NCBI GenBank assembly: GCA_965369655.1
Contig: CBDUQR010000013.1
Location: forward strand, 1 to 62,153
Source: an uncultured bacterium
GTDB lineage: Bacteria; Zixibacteria; MSB-5A5; JAABVY01; JAHJOQ01
Reading direction: 5' to 3'
DNA length: 62,153 nucleotides
The notes under the pieces were generated by a model. It made no database searches and was not told the DNA's origin. It saw nothing but the letters and a program-made list of their open reading frames with translations. Shown piece by piece: positions 29,222-40,009 of this stretch. Made by a program: the position numbers and the translations under genes. The stretch's first letter is position 1; every line of letters starts with the position of its first letter.

Positions 29222-30820
29222 ATGGAATCGAATAAGAAGAATGGATTCGTGAGAGTGCAACGGGCGCTTCTGAGCGTCTCTGATAAAACGCAGATTATCG
29301 AGTTTGCCGAGAAGCTTGCACAGTTCGGCATCGAGATAATATCGACCGGCGGAACAAAGAAAAAACTCAAAGATGCCGGAATCCATGTCGTGCCCGTATC
29401 GTCATTCACCGGTGCGCCGGAGATTCTCGATGGTCGTGTCAAGACACTGCACCCGGCCGTCCATGGCGGGATTCTTCACATGCGGAATAACCCCGCGCAT
29501 GTGCAGGAAATCAAGGAGCACGACATCAGGCCGATCGATATGGTCGTCGTCAACCTGTACCCATTCGAGCAGACGGTCGCGCGCGAGAATGCAACAGACG
29601 ACGAAATCGTCGAGAATATCGATATCGGTGGACCGTCGATGGTCCGTAGCGCAGCCAAGAACCACAACGATGTCGTCGTGATTACAAACCCTGAGCAGTA
29701 CGCGGAAATCCTCGAGGAGATGGCTGCGTCTGATGGCAGCGTCTCGTTCGAGACTCGATTGAAACTTGCCCGCAAGGCGTTTGAGTTGACATCGCGCTAT
29801 GATTCTGCGATAGCTCGGTATTTCATCGGTCGAACGGCTGCCCCCGGTGACAATGACGACGAGGGCTTCGCTTCCTCCGTCGATTATGGCTACACACTTC
29901 ACGACAGTCTGCGATATGGGGAGAATCCGCATCAGAAGGCCGCGATCTATGCCGAGATTGGACGCAGCGGACCATCTCTCGTCGATGCCGAGATTCTATC
30001 TGGTAAGGCATTGTCGTATAACAACTACAATGATATCGAAGCCGTGCTCGGAATGCTGATGGATTTTGAGGAGCCATTTGCCTGCGTGGTCAAACATACG
30101 AATCCATGCGGCGCGGCGGTGGCCGACACATGCCCGGAGGCGTACAGGCTCGCGTATGAATCCGATCCGATGTCGGCGTATGGTTCGATCATCGGTCTGA
30201 ATCGTCCGGTCGATATCGAGACAGCGAGGCTTCTGCACGAGACTCCGTTTGTCGAGTGCATTCTCGCGCCATCTTATTCCGATGAGGCTTTCGCGTTGAT
30301 GAAAAAAAAGAAAGCCCGCAGGCTTCTCGCGCTTCCGTCGATCGAGACCGGTGATCCGCCGGACTGGTATGGGCGGAGCTACATTCGAGGTGGGATGCTT
30401 GTGCAACAACCTGACAAGTACAGGGTTTCGCGTGACGACCTGACAGTTGTCACCGAGGTGAAGCCGACCGATGAGCAGATCGAGTCGATGCTGTTCGCAT
30501 TTCGGATCGTGAAGCATATCAAGTCGAATGCTATCGTGTTAGTCCAGGGGAGACAGACGGTTGGCGTCGGGTGCGGGCAGACCTCGCGCGTGGAGGCATC
30601 GTTCCTGGCCGCTTACAAGGCAGGAGACAGGGCGAAAGGTTCTGTGCTGGCTTCCGACGCGTTTTTCCCGATGCGCGACGGCGTGGATAAAGCGGCCGAA
30701 TCCGGGGTCTCCGCAATCATCCAGCCGGGTGGATCAAAGCGCGATCAGGAAGCCATTGATGCCGCAAACGAACATGGAATTGCAATGGTGTTTACCGGCA
30801 TCAGACACTTCAAACATTAA
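29222..30820 (+). CDS. purH: bifunctional AICAR transformylase/IMP cyclohydrolase
   Basis: [39 protein letters not shown]. Confidence 0.96.
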   Translation: MESNKKNGFVRVQRALLSVSDKTQIIEFAEKLAQFGIEIISTGGTKKKLKDAGIHVVPVSSFTGAPEILDGRVKTLHPAVHGGILHMRNNPAHVQEIKEHDIRPIDMVVVNLYPFEQTVARENATDDEIVENIDIGGPSMVRSAAKNHNDVVVITNPEQYAEILEEMAASDGSVSFETRLKLARKAFELTSRYDSAIARYFIGRTAAPGDNDDEGFASSVDYGYTLHDSLRYGENPHQKAAIYAEIGRSGPSLVDAEILSGKALSYNNYNDIEAVLGMLMDFEEPFACVVKHTNPCGAAVADTCPEAYRLAYESDPMSAYGSIIGLNRPVDIETARLLHETPFVECILAPSYSDEAFALMKKKKARRLLALPSIETGDPPDWYGRSYIRGGMLVQQPDKYRVSRDDLTVVTEVKPTDEQIESMLFAFRIVKHIKSNAIVLVQGRQTVGVGCGQTSRVEASFLAAYKAGDRAKGSVLASDAFFPMRDGVDKAAESGVSAIIQPGGSKRDQEAIDAANEHGIAMVFTGIRHFKH

Positions 30821-30881
30821 GTTTTTTTGGCTTGCGTGGCGGTTTCAGATGTAGTAAATTTCAACTAACTGTGGAGGACGA

Positions 30882-31349
30882 TTGGGCGACAGGATTCTCG
30901 AAATAGTCTTCTATCTGGTTCAGCATGTCCGTTCTCACGACGGCTCGCTGGCGCATCTTGAGGATATCTCCAAGTCGTTGAAAAATCTTGGGTTCACCGA
31001 AAGTGAGATTTCATCGGCTTACGGGTGGTTTCTCGAAGAAGTGCAGTCTCGAAGCGAGAAGTTTATCTTTTCGAGCGATCTGGAAGACAACCCCCCACGC
31101 CTGTTTTCGGAGATCGAGAAGCAGCAGATTTCGCCTGACGCTCAGGGTTACTTGATTCAGATATACTGCATGGGACTCCTTAACCTCGAGGAATTCGAGT
31201 TGGTGCTGGAGAGAGTGATGATGATGGCTCCCGAGCCGATAGATCTCTCCACCATGAAAATGATCGCTTCCACGGTTCTTTTCGGCAGCGCCACCCCAAC
31301 CCTGGACCTCAACTGGTTTAACGTCTCCGGAGAAGAGACGGCCAATTGA
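30882..31349 (+). CDS. DUF494/Smg-like protein
   Basis: LGFTESEISSAYGW, RLFSEIE, AQGYL pattern. Confidence 0.7.
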   Translation: MGDRILEIVFYLVQHVRSHDGSLAHLEDISKSLKNLGFTESEISSAYGWFLEEVQSRSEKFIFSSDLEDNPPRLFSEIEKQQISPDAQGYLIQIYCMGLLNLEEFELVLERVMMMAPEPIDLSTMKMIASTVLFGSATPTLDLNWFNVSGEETAN

Positions 31350-32554
31350 CGCCAGTGCGTTTATCCGGCAAAAAGATTCTACTTGGCGTCACGGGATGTA
31401 TTGCGGCTTACAAGGCCGGGTACCTGTTGCGCGCCCTGATTCGCGAAGGTGCAGAGGTGCGCGTCGTGATGACAAAATCGGCGTGCGAATTCATAACGCC
31501 GCTGACATTTGAATCTCTCTCAGGGCAGCCGGTGGGGGTGGAGATATTCCCGCAGGATCGATTCGTCTCGGTGCATCATGTGTTCTCCGCAGAATGGGCG
31601 GACCTGATCCTTGTCGCTCCGGCTACCGCCAACACGATTGGCAAGGCGGCGTCGGGAATCTGTGATGACCTGCTTTCCACGACCATCTGTGCTGCTCAGA
31701 GCCCGATCATGTTCTCGCCGGCGATGAATTCGTTCATGTGGACAAACACGATCGTTCAGGGGAATGTCGAGAAACTTAGAATTCATGGCTGTCATATTAT
31801 CGAACCAGCCGAGGGTGATCTGGCGAGTTGGGCGAAAGGTCCGGGGAGATTTCCCGAGCCAGAAGTCATCGTCGAAGAGGTAGTTCGCATTCTCGATATA
31901 TCTACCGACATGTCAGGGCAGAGAATTCTTGTGACCGCTGGGCCGACACATGAGTTTATCGACCCGGTCAGGTTCATTGGAAATCCATCGACCGGCGCGA
32001 TGGGGTATGCGATTGCCGATGCCGCTACCGCGCGGGGCGCCGACGTAGTTTTGGTCTCAGGACCATCGCAGCTTGATCCACCTCGAGTTTCCGAATTCTG
32101 CTCGGTTGTTTCGACAGAGCAGATGGCTGAGGCTGTGATGTCGCGGCTGGAGGGTTGCGGAATTGTGATAATGGCAGCGGCGCCATCGGACTACACACCT
32201 GAGATATCTTACAGCAAGAAGATCAAGAAGTCGGGCAAGACGCGCTCGCTCAAACTCAATCCAACAATCGACATATTGCAGGAAGTTTCCAGGTCTGATG
32301 GCGACAGGATTCTGGTCGGCTTTGCCCTCGAAACGGACAGCGAGATCACGAATGCGCGCAAGAAAATGCGGAACAAGAAACTCGACATGATAGTCGTGAA
32401 CAATCCGAAAGTAGCCGGTGCAGGATTCGGGAAAGGGACTAACAAAGTATCGATCATAATGGGCAGTGGCAAACCGATCAAGTTGCCACTGATGTCCAAA
32501 CGCGAGCTTGCGGACAAGATACTTGATCATATCAAGTCACTGATGGCGAAATGA
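31346..32554 (+). CDS. coaBC: phosphopantothenoylcysteine decarboxylase/ligase
   Basis: GVTGCIAAYK, APATAN, PAMN, DPVRFIGN, GFALET. Confidence 0.95.
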   Translation: MTPVRLSGKKILLGVTGCIAAYKAGYLLRALIREGAEVRVVMTKSACEFITPLTFESLSGQPVGVEIFPQDRFVSVHHVFSAEWADLILVAPATANTIGKAASGICDDLLSTTICAAQSPIMFSPAMNSFMWTNTIVQGNVEKLRIHGCHIIEPAEGDLASWAKGPGRFPEPEVIVEEVVRILDISTDMSGQRILVTAGPTHEFIDPVRFIGNPSTGAMGYAIADAATARGADVVLVSGPSQLDPPRVSEFCSVVSTEQMAEAVMSRLEGCGIVIMAAAPSDYTPEISYSKKIKKSGKTRSLKLNPTIDILQEVSRSDGDRILVGFALETDSEITNARKKMRNKKLDMIVVNNPKVAGAGFGKGTNKVSIIMGSGKPIKLPLMSKRELADKILDHIKSLMAK

Positions 32555-33258
32555 CAGACAAACAGGAAACGCGTCGGATCGCGGCGATGGCGGCAAAAGC
32601 CCTGACTCAATCGAGTGAGATCGGGGTCGGTGCGCCCGAAATCGACAAAGAAACTCTCGATTCGTTTGCGACCAGCCCCGGCTCCAGGGAAAAAGCGGAG
32701 CTTCTGCATCAGTTCAGCAGCGAGATCGAAAACTGCACGATGTGCAAGCTTCACGAGGGCAGAAACAAGTTCGTGTTCGGTGTGGGCAATCCCGATGCGG
32801 ATGTGCTGTTTGTCGGCGAGGGACCCGGTCGCGACGAAGATTTGAGAGGCGAGCCGTTCGTCGGCAGGGCTGGCCAGCTTCTCGACAAAATACTGGCCGC
32901 AATCGAATTCGACCGATCAATTATTTACATTGGCAATATTGTCAAATGCCGACCTCCCGGAAATCGCGATCCTCAGCCTGATGAAATGGCGACATGCATG
33001 CCGTTTCTCATGCGTCAGATCGAGATCATTCAGCCTAAGCTGATCTGCTGCCTCGGCAGGATTTCGGCTCAGGCGCTCCTTCAGACCACAACTCCGCTCG
33101 GCAAATTGCGCGGAAGATTCCACGATTTCCACGGCGCAAAGCTAATGGTGACATACCATCCCGCCGCACTCCTCAGATTTCAGCAGTATAAACGGGACAC
33201 GTGGGAGGATGTGAAAATGCTTCGCGCGGAGTACGACAGGCTACAGTCCGGCGAATAG
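32551..33258 (+). CDS. family 4 uracil-DNA glycosylase ([4Fe-4S])
   Basis: [27 protein letters not shown]. Confidence 0.92.
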   Translation: MTDKQETRRIAAMAAKALTQSSEIGVGAPEIDKETLDSFATSPGSREKAELLHQFSSEIENCTMCKLHEGRNKFVFGVGNPDADVLFVGEGPGRDEDLRGEPFVGRAGQLLDKILAAIEFDRSIIYIGNIVKCRPPGNRDPQPDEMATCMPFLMRQIEIIQPKLICCLGRISAQALLQTTTPLGKLRGRFHDFHGAKLMVTYHPAALLRFQQYKRDTWEDVKMLRAEYDRLQSGE

Positions 33259-33383
33259 AATCTGATCCCACAGCAAGCTACGGAGCACCCCAAGTAATAT
33301 ATTCTGTTGAATGACTTGCGTTTATGTTTGTGATGTGCTATATTAAAATAAATTCATTGTAACAGTAATGAGGGAGGATTATC

Positions 33384-33713
33384 ATGGAGCAGATCTTCCT
33401 GAAGATCAGGTCAGATGATCCCACGCTGCCGGATTTCATATCTGCCAAACTCGGCAACCGTGGTATCGTGTATGTCCCGTTCTCCCGATTCAGACAGACT
33501 CTTTCTGACGACAACATCGATATTCTGCTGGCTCTCGATTCAGAAAACGTCATTCCGGGACTCCACAGGATACTTAGCGGATTCATCGAGAGCAAATCGG
33601 GTCGAGAATTGACGCTGGAGCGCGAGAACGTCAAGTTGACTTTGAAAGCGTCATCGATGCCAACTGAGAATGATTTCGTCAGGCAGTTTTCTGAGATCGA
33701 GACGATCGGCTGA
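33384..33713 (+). CDS. hypothetical protein (109 aa)
   Basis: Strong GGGAGG SD and AT-rich upstream region. Confidence 0.6.
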   Translation: MEQIFLKIRSDDPTLPDFISAKLGNRGIVYVPFSRFRQTLSDDNIDILLALDSENVIPGLHRILSGFIESKSGRELTLERENVKLTLKASSMPTENDFVRQFSEIETIG

Positions 33714-33764
33714 AAAAGAGTCGCTTGTGTACGCGAGTCCGGCCCCGGTCCGGGCGGAAGTATT

Positions 33765-33940
33765 GAGGTTGTCCTAAAAGACGCGAAAGGAAGTAGCGTC
33801 ATTCCCGCGAAGGCGGGAATCTATTGAATGCGTTATTGTTAGATAGACTCCCGTGGTATCCTGAGCAAAGCGAAGGGCCTTCGCGGGAGTGACGTGCCCA
33901 GCTTTCCACTTGAGTCAATTGGCACTTTTGAAACAGCCTC
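33765..33940. mobile_element. complete MITE copy with internal REP doublet
   Basis: GAGGTTGTCCTAAAAG ... CTTTTGAAACAGCCTC; internal similarity to 22967 copy. Confidence 0.75.
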
Positions 33941-33987
33941 TATTCGTGTGCAGACGCAGAGACGGTCCTGTCCAATTTGGCGTTAGC

Positions 33988-34016
33988 TTGACTCCAGTAC
34001 GATATTGTGTTATTGT
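33988..34016 (+). promoter_or_regulatory. possible sigma70 promoter of dnaB
   Basis: TTGACT-17 bp-TATTGT with TG extension. Confidence 0.4.
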
Positions 34017-34046
34017 CGGCTGACGGAGATTAGCAAGGAAGCATCG

Positions 34047-35447
34047 ATGGTTGATACGCATAAGCAGCCCCCTCATTCGATAGAAGCCGAGCAGGCGGTT
34101 CTTAGTTCTATTCTGAATTATCGGGACGCGATACATGAAGTCGCGGAGATTCTGACGCCGGATAGCTTTTACGACGGGCGGCACATGGTGATCTATGAGG
34201 CGGCAATCAGCCTGTACAACGATAGCATCCCGATAGATCTGATAACGATCTCCGAACAACTCAAGAAAACCAATCGTCTGGACAAGATCGGCGGCTTGGA
34301 GTTCCTCGGCGAACTTCTCAGGGTTGTATCGTCTTCTGCGAATGTCGGCCACCATGCTCAGATCATCTATCAGGCGTACTTGCTTCGCAAGCTTAAGGGA
34401 GCTGCGATGGAGATATCCGACCAGGCGGATCGCGCCGAGCAGAGCGCCGAGGTGATCTTAAACGATGCCGAGAACAGGATATTCCAGATTAGCCAGGGAA
34501 GGCTTGGGCGAGGATTCGTTTCAATATCAGAGATTCTTCCGGGAACATTCGATGAGATAGAAAGCTACAGGCAGCGCAAAGGTTCGGTGATCGGCATTCC
34601 GACCGGATTCTATGAGTTCGACGCTCTGACCTCCGGTTTTCAGAACAACGATTTCATAGTCATTGCGGGTCGGCCCTCGATGGGCAAGACTGCGCTCGTG
34701 CTGAATATATGCGCGCATGTCGCGATGGAGGAGAAAACGCCGGTCGGGATATTCTCTCTTGAGATGTCAGCAAATCAAGTTGCCCAGCGTATGCTTTGCA
34801 CTCGCGCGCATATCAGCCCGCACAAACTCAGGACCGGAACTCTTCCGCTCGAGCAGTACACTCGTCTCGGCGACGCCGTTGGCTATCTCAGCGAAGCGCC
34901 GATATTTATCGATGACTCTCCCAATATCGGTATCCTGGAGCTTCGTTCTAAGGCGCGCCGTCTGAAAGCTCGCCATGATATCGGAATGATCGTCGTCGAC
35001 TATCTTCAGATGATGCACTCCGGCGGGTCGCATGAAAGTCGCCAGCAGGAGATTGCATACATATCGCTGTCGCTGAAAGGTCTCGCAAAGGACCTCGGCA
35101 TTCCTGTTGTGGCATGCTCACAGCTTTCTCGCGCTCCCGAGACTCGCGGCGGGGATCGACGACCGCAGCTTGCTGATCTGAGAGAATCGGGCGCTATCGA
35201 GCAGGATGCCGACCTTGTTGCGTTCGTATACCGCGAGGAGTACTATCTCGAAAGGACGTCTGAAGGGTGTCCACCTGACAAACAGGGCAGAGCAGAGATT
35301 CTCGTGTCGAAACAGAGGAATGGTCCGACGGGGACAGTCAGGTTGACATTCCTGAAGGACTACATCCAGTTCGTTAATCCTGAATTCGATCGACGCCAGC
35401 CGGCAGGGATTCCTGTCGACGACGACATGGGAGACGTGCCATTCTGA
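34047..35447 (+). CDS. dnaB: replicative DNA helicase
   Basis: PPHSIEAEQ, GRPSMGKT, SLEM, DYLQ, LRESGAIEQDAD, KQRNGP. Confidence 0.96.
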   Translation: MVDTHKQPPHSIEAEQAVLSSILNYRDAIHEVAEILTPDSFYDGRHMVIYEAAISLYNDSIPIDLITISEQLKKTNRLDKIGGLEFLGELLRVVSSSANVGHHAQIIYQAYLLRKLKGAAMEISDQADRAEQSAEVILNDAENRIFQISQGRLGRGFVSISEILPGTFDEIESYRQRKGSVIGIPTGFYEFDALTSGFQNNDFIVIAGRPSMGKTALVLNICAHVAMEEKTPVGIFSLEMSANQVAQRMLCTRAHISPHKLRTGTLPLEQYTRLGDAVGYLSEAPIFIDDSPNIGILELRSKARRLKARHDIGMIVVDYLQMMHSGGSHESRQQEIAYISLSLKGLAKDLGIPVVACSQLSRAPETRGGDRRPQLADLRESGAIEQDADLVAFVYREEYYLERTSEGCPPDKQGRAEILVSKQRNGPTGTVRLTFLKDYIQFVNPEFDRRQPAGIPVDDDMGDVPF

Positions 35448-35482
35448 TTTTATTTCGATACCTCGGAAGAATCGCGACTGAG

Positions 35483-36217
35483 TTGTTTTCGGACCTCGGC
35501 GGTCTTGTCATCATGTTGTTGCAGGTGATACGGTCGCTGCCTTCGCAGTTCAGACATCTCCGTCTTATCTCCGACCAGATGCTGGCGATGGGCGTCAATT
35601 CGCTCCCGCTTATATTGCTGACATCGACATTCATTGGTGCTGTATCAGCGTGGCAGGCGGCATATCAGTTCAAGGGCTATGTCCCGCTCAGGTATATTGG
35701 CACGGCGGTCTCGAAGGCCGTATTCATAGAGCTCGCTCCTGTCCTGACCGCGCTTGTCGTCGCGGGGCGCGTCGGAGCGGCGATTGCCGCGGAACTCGGA
35801 ACGATGCGCGTAACCGAACAGATCGATGCGATGGAGACGCTCGCGATCGATCCTGTCGGCTACCTTGTCACACCGAGAGTGATCTCGGGGATAATCATGC
35901 TGCCGGTGCTCGTCATTTTTGCGGATGTCATCGCCATATTCGGTGCGATGGGGGTCTCGGTCCTGCTGGTCGATGTCGAGCCTGAGACATTCTGGAACGG
36001 CGTGAAGGCTTTTTTCCAAGTGAGCGATGTCATATCCGGACTGATAAAGGCGGTCGCATTCGGCCTGGCAATATCGTTCCTCGGTTGCTTCCATGGATTC
36101 AAAGCGACCGGCGGCGCAGAGGGAGTCGGAAAGGCGACGATGAGGGCGGTGGTGACATCATCGGTGATGATCTTAGTCTCCGATTTCGTGATAGCGACAT
36201 TCCTGTTCAGCGTCTGA
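35483..36217 (+). CDS. mlaE: MlaE family ABC permease (start uncertain)
   Basis: ELAPVLTA, AELGTMRVTEQIDA, GAEGVG. Confidence 0.88.
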   Translation: MFSDLGGLVIMLLQVIRSLPSQFRHLRLISDQMLAMGVNSLPLILLTSTFIGAVSAWQAAYQFKGYVPLRYIGTAVSKAVFIELAPVLTALVVAGRVGAAIAAELGTMRVTEQIDAMETLAIDPVGYLVTPRVISGIIMLPVLVIFADVIAIFGAMGVSVLLVDVEPETFWNGVKAFFQVSDVISGLIKAVAFGLAISFLGCFHGFKATGGAEGVGKATMRAVVTSSVMILVSDFVIATFLFSV

Positions 36218-36227
36218 GGTCTGTATC

Positions 36228-36950
36228 GTGATTCACATAGAGAATTTGCACAAGAGCTTCGATGAGAACCACGTGCTGCGCGGGATTGATCTCGAAATTC
36301 CGCAGGGCGAGGCTACGGTGATTCTCGGACCGTCTGGCTGCGGTAAGAGCGTGCTGCTCAAGCACATCATCGGCCTGATGACTCCGGATCGGGGGAAAGT
36401 GGTTGTCAACGGCACTGAGATATCATCGCTCTCCAGAAAAGATATGTATGCTGCGCGGCGCAGTTTCGGCATGCTGTTTCAGTCGGCTGCCCTGTTTGAT
36501 TCGATGACTGTCTACGAGAATGTTTCTCTCGGACTCACGGAACACACAAAATTGTCTCATGCCGAAAAGCAGGACATTGTGGCGCGGAAACTTGAACTCG
36601 TCGGTCTCGAAGGAACTGAAGAGATGTTTCCGTCGGAGCTATCAGGGGGAATGCGGAAACGGGTCGGGCTGGCGAGAGCGATTTGTCTCGATCCGGCTGT
36701 CGTCCTCTACGACGAGCCGACCACCGGCCTGGACCCTGTGATCGGCGACACGATCAACGACCTGATCGCAAGGCTTCAGGAGCGATTGAACATAACGTCG
36801 GTCATCGTGACTCACGATATGAGGTCAGCTTTCAAGATCGGCGACAAGCTTGCTATGCTGAGCGATGGAAAGATCAGATTCGTGGGCACGCCTGATGAAA
36901 TGCAGGCAAGCGATGACCCTGTTGTGTCAGAATTCCTGTCTCACAGATGA
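36228..36950 (+). CDS. mlaF: MlaF family ABC ATPase
   Basis: GPSGCGKS, FQSAALFDS, LSGGMRKR, YDEPTTGLDP. Confidence 0.88.
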   Translation: MIHIENLHKSFDENHVLRGIDLEIPQGEATVILGPSGCGKSVLLKHIIGLMTPDRGKVVVNGTEISSLSRKDMYAARRSFGMLFQSAALFDSMTVYENVSLGLTEHTKLSHAEKQDIVARKLELVGLEGTEEMFPSELSGGMRKRVGLARAICLDPAVVLYDEPTTGLDPVIGDTINDLIARLQERLNITSVIVTHDMRSAFKIGDKLAMLSDGKIRFVGTPDEMQASDDPVVSEFLSHR

Positions 36951-36972
36951 TTAGCTCGTTGGTTGGTTTCTG

Positions 36973-38355
36973 ATGGCGCGAAGAGTTGACATGAGCAAAA
37001 GCGATTCCATCGTATATGTTTGCCAGAGCTGCGGCGCCGTTCACCCGAAATGGTCCGGCAAGTGCGCTCAGTGCGGAGAATGGAACAGCATAGTACAGGA
37101 GACCGTTAATCGCTCGAGCCGGAAGCGAGCCGACAAGATAGACATCGCTTCGATAGCCGTGAAGCTCGATGAAATCGAACCGAACAACGATTTCCGCGTG
37201 CCGACCTCCATGCGCGAATTCGACAGGGTGATCGGTGGCGGGCTGGTCGCCGGATCATCGCTGCTTCTCGCGGGCGATCCGGGCATCGGCAAATCCACAC
37301 TGTTGTTGCAGGCTGCGGGCGCTCTCGCTGGCGCACATCACAGCGTTCTCTATGTCTCAGGTGAGGAATCTCCTCAGCAGACGAGAAACAGGGCTGATCG
37401 GCTCGGCATATCGACCGATCTGATCACGGTTGCCGCAACTGCTGATCTGTACGAGATACGAGCGATCATCGAGAAAGAGTTCTATTCGTTCGTTGTGATC
37501 GATTCAATTCAGACTCTCAGGTCGCGGGCATTCGAATCCTCGCCCGGCACTGTAACGCAGATTCGAGAGTGTGTTGCCGACTTGCAGGACCTCTGCGCTG
37601 TTCGCGGCACAGGTCTCCTGCTGATCGGCCATATCACCAAAGAAGGCGCAATAGCTGGACCCAAAGTGCTCGAGCACATGGTCGATGTGGTGCTCTATTT
37701 CGAAGGTGAGAAGAGCCATTTCTATAGAATTCTGAGGTCTCAGAAGAACAGGTTCGGGCCGACGTCCGAGATTGGGATATTTTCGATCGGCGAGCGTGGG
37801 CTTGCGGCAGTCGAGAATCCATCGGAGCTTTTTCTCACCGAACGCACCTGCGGCATATCCGGGCAGGTAGTTGTCTGCTCGCTTGAAGGTGCACGGCCGA
37901 TACTCTTTGAATTGCAGGCGCTGGTGACCGATTCGACTTACGGCGTCCCGCAGCGGGTCTCATCCGGATTTGATCAGAAACGGCTGAATCTGCTACTGGC
38001 AATCCTCGAAAAAAAAGAAAAGTTCAGACTTGCGGCAAAAGATGTTTTCATAAACCTGGCGGGCGGACTGAGGCTTGTCGAACCCGCGCTCGATTTGGGT
38101 GTGGTGACTGCAGTTATTTCGAGTTACGAGGATGCACCTGTGCGGGACGACACGGTCATCGTCGGAGAGGTCGGTCTCGGCGGCGAAATCAGGTCCGTAC
38201 CGAATACCGAGGCGCGAATTGCGGAGGCGTCGAGTCTCGGATTCAAGCGGATAATCCTGCCGGAACGGAATGCCCGGACAGTGGGAACAAAGACTGACAT
38301 CGAGATTGCATCCGTGTCGCATCTTACAGATGCGTTTTCAGCCGCATTCAAGTGA
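36973..38355 (+). CDS. radA: DNA repair protein RadA/Sms
   Basis: CQSC...CAQC, GDPGIGKS, KNRFG. Confidence 0.95.
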   Translation: MARRVDMSKSDSIVYVCQSCGAVHPKWSGKCAQCGEWNSIVQETVNRSSRKRADKIDIASIAVKLDEIEPNNDFRVPTSMREFDRVIGGGLVAGSSLLLAGDPGIGKSTLLLQAAGALAGAHHSVLYVSGEESPQQTRNRADRLGISTDLITVAATADLYEIRAIIEKEFYSFVVIDSIQTLRSRAFESSPGTVTQIRECVADLQDLCAVRGTGLLLIGHITKEGAIAGPKVLEHMVDVVLYFEGEKSHFYRILRSQKNRFGPTSEIGIFSIGERGLAAVENPSELFLTERTCGISGQVVVCSLEGARPILFELQALVTDSTYGVPQRVSSGFDQKRLNLLLAILEKKEKFRLAAKDVFINLAGGLRLVEPALDLGVVTAVISSYEDAPVRDDTVIVGEVGLGGEIRSVPNTEARIAEASSLGFKRIILPERNARTVGTKTDIEIASVSHLTDAFSAAFK

Positions 38356-38370
38356 GAAAAGGAATCGATT

Positions 38371-38940
38371 ATGGCCAAAGTATCTATCAAACCTCAGGGA
38401 TTCATGGTTCCATTGCCTGCGGTGATGCTCACCTGTGCAAAGCCGGGTGAAAGACCTAACATCATCACGATGTCCTGGGTCGGTGTCCTTTGCAGCGAGC
38501 CGCCCCTGATAGGCGCGGGAATCAGACCCGAAAGATTCTCGCATGACATTGTGAAAGCGACCGGCGAATTCGTCATCAATGTACCGGGCGAGGATCTCGC
38601 CCGCGCTGCCGATTACTGCGGCCATGTCTCCGGTCGGGACAAGAACAAGTTCGAAAAATGCGGACTTACCGCAGTGCCGGGTTCTAAGGTTGCCGCTCCG
38701 CTAATTCAGGAATGCCCCGTAAATATCGAATGCCGGATCACGCAGTCGCTGATGCTCGGAACGCACGAGCTGTTCATCGGGGAGATTCTGGCGATTCATG
38801 TCGATGAAGAATGTCTCGATGACTACGGCAAACTCGATATTACGAAAGCGGCGCCATTTGTCTATGTCCCTGGAGCGAGCAAATACGTAGGCGGGTTATC
38901 TAAACTGCTCGGTTGCGGTGGTTTTTCTCTAAAGAGATGA
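38371..38940 (+). CDS. flavin reductase/flavoredoxin family protein
   Basis: NIITMSW, GEFVINVP, ECPVNIEC, GTHELFIGE. Confidence 0.88.
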   Translation: MAKVSIKPQGFMVPLPAVMLTCAKPGERPNIITMSWVGVLCSEPPLIGAGIRPERFSHDIVKATGEFVINVPGEDLARAADYCGHVSGRDKNKFEKCGLTAVPGSKVAAPLIQECPVNIECRITQSLMLGTHELFIGEILAIHVDEECLDDYGKLDITKAAPFVYVPGASKYVGGLSKLLGCGGFSLKR

Positions 38941-39030
38941 TCGTCAGCTCCGGTTCGAGTTGCGACGGCGAAATTGCAAGCTGAGCAAGCGAATCTTCAC
39001 CGCATCAAGCTAAGATTACTTCACTGTTTC

Positions 39031-39059
39031 TTGACAAGGTGTCTTCAACCCGATATAAT
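39031..39059 (+). promoter_or_regulatory. consensus sigma70 promoter of the envelope operon
   Basis: Perfect TTGACA-17 bp-TATAAT; implies the track start at 39039 is too far upstream. Confidence 0.75.
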
Positions 39060-39068
39060 CGAAGAACC

Positions 39069-39998
39069 TTGAGTGATAAGATAATCAAATCCCGAATTGG
39101 TCTCAGGATACTCCAGGTCCTCCTGATCGCTGTCCTGCTCTACTTCATCGGCAGTCGTATTGTCTCGAACTGGGGTGAGATCAGTGACCATGAGTGGCAT
39201 GTCAACTATGCGCTGCTGGTGCTGTCGCTTCTCGTCATGCTTCTCGCTCTCGGTGTGATGAGTTCTGTTCTGTCCAGAATCATTGCCTGCTTCGGTAAAG
39301 AAATCTCATACACCAAAGCATTCAAGATTGCCTACCTGTCGCAGCTTGGACGATACATCCCCGGCAAAATATGGCAGGTTCCGGCGATGGTCTACCTTGC
39401 GGGCAAAGAAGGAGTGGGGAAAGGCGAAGCTGTGACTGCGTTCGCACTCGCGCAGTTGTTCGCGACATCTCCTGCGATTCTGGTTGCTGTGCCGATGCTG
39501 CTGTTCTCCGGCGGTGCGGTCGGAGAGTCAATCGACTTGCGGGCAGTCGGATATATGCTTGCGCTGGTTGTTATTGTGTCGATCGCTATTCTCCTGAAAC
39601 CGGAATGGCTGAGTCGTCTGATGAATTTCGTATTGAAAAAACTCGGCAAAGACAGCGTCGAATTTCGTGTCGAAAAAAAGAGTGGCGGGCTGATCCTTTT
39701 GATGTATTATATCGGCTGGAATCTGTATGGCCTGGCGTTTTACCTGTTTCTGATCTCTGTTTCAGGCTTTCCGACAGGTCATTTTTTGCAGGCGTCAGGG
39801 ATTTTTTGCGTCGCGTATTTAATAGGATACTGGAGCATATTCGCTCCCGGCGGCATCGGGGTGCGAGAGGTAGTGCTGGTCGTATTACTCTCACCGTACC
39901 TCGGACCCGGAATGTCGGCTGCTGTCGCGGCTGCTGCGAGACTCTGGTCGATTGTCGGTGAACTGATTGCATCGGCGATAGCATGGCGAGTGAAATGA
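39069..39998 (+). CDS. flippase-like (LPG synthase TM domain) membrane protein
   Basis: SQLGRYIPGKIW, APGGIGVRE, multiple TMs. Confidence 0.8.
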   Translation: MSDKIIKSRIGLRILQVLLIAVLLYFIGSRIVSNWGEISDHEWHVNYALLVLSLLVMLLALGVMSSVLSRIIACFGKEISYTKAFKIAYLSQLGRYIPGKIWQVPAMVYLAGKEGVGKGEAVTAFALAQLFATSPAILVAVPMLLFSGGAVGESIDLRAVGYMLALVVIVSIAILLKPEWLSRLMNFVLKKLGKDSVEFRVEKKSGGLILLMYYIGWNLYGLAFYLFLISVSGFPTGHFLQASGIFCVAYLIGYWSIFAPGGIGVREVVLVVLLSPYLGPGMSAAVAAAARLWSIVGELIASAIAWRVK

Positions 39999-40009
39999 GA
40001 GGAGATTGA

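Noticed and set aside
35430-36950. mlaEF without mlaD and with an unclear mlaE start
   Set aside because: Split mla loci are common; the start cannot be resolved from sequence
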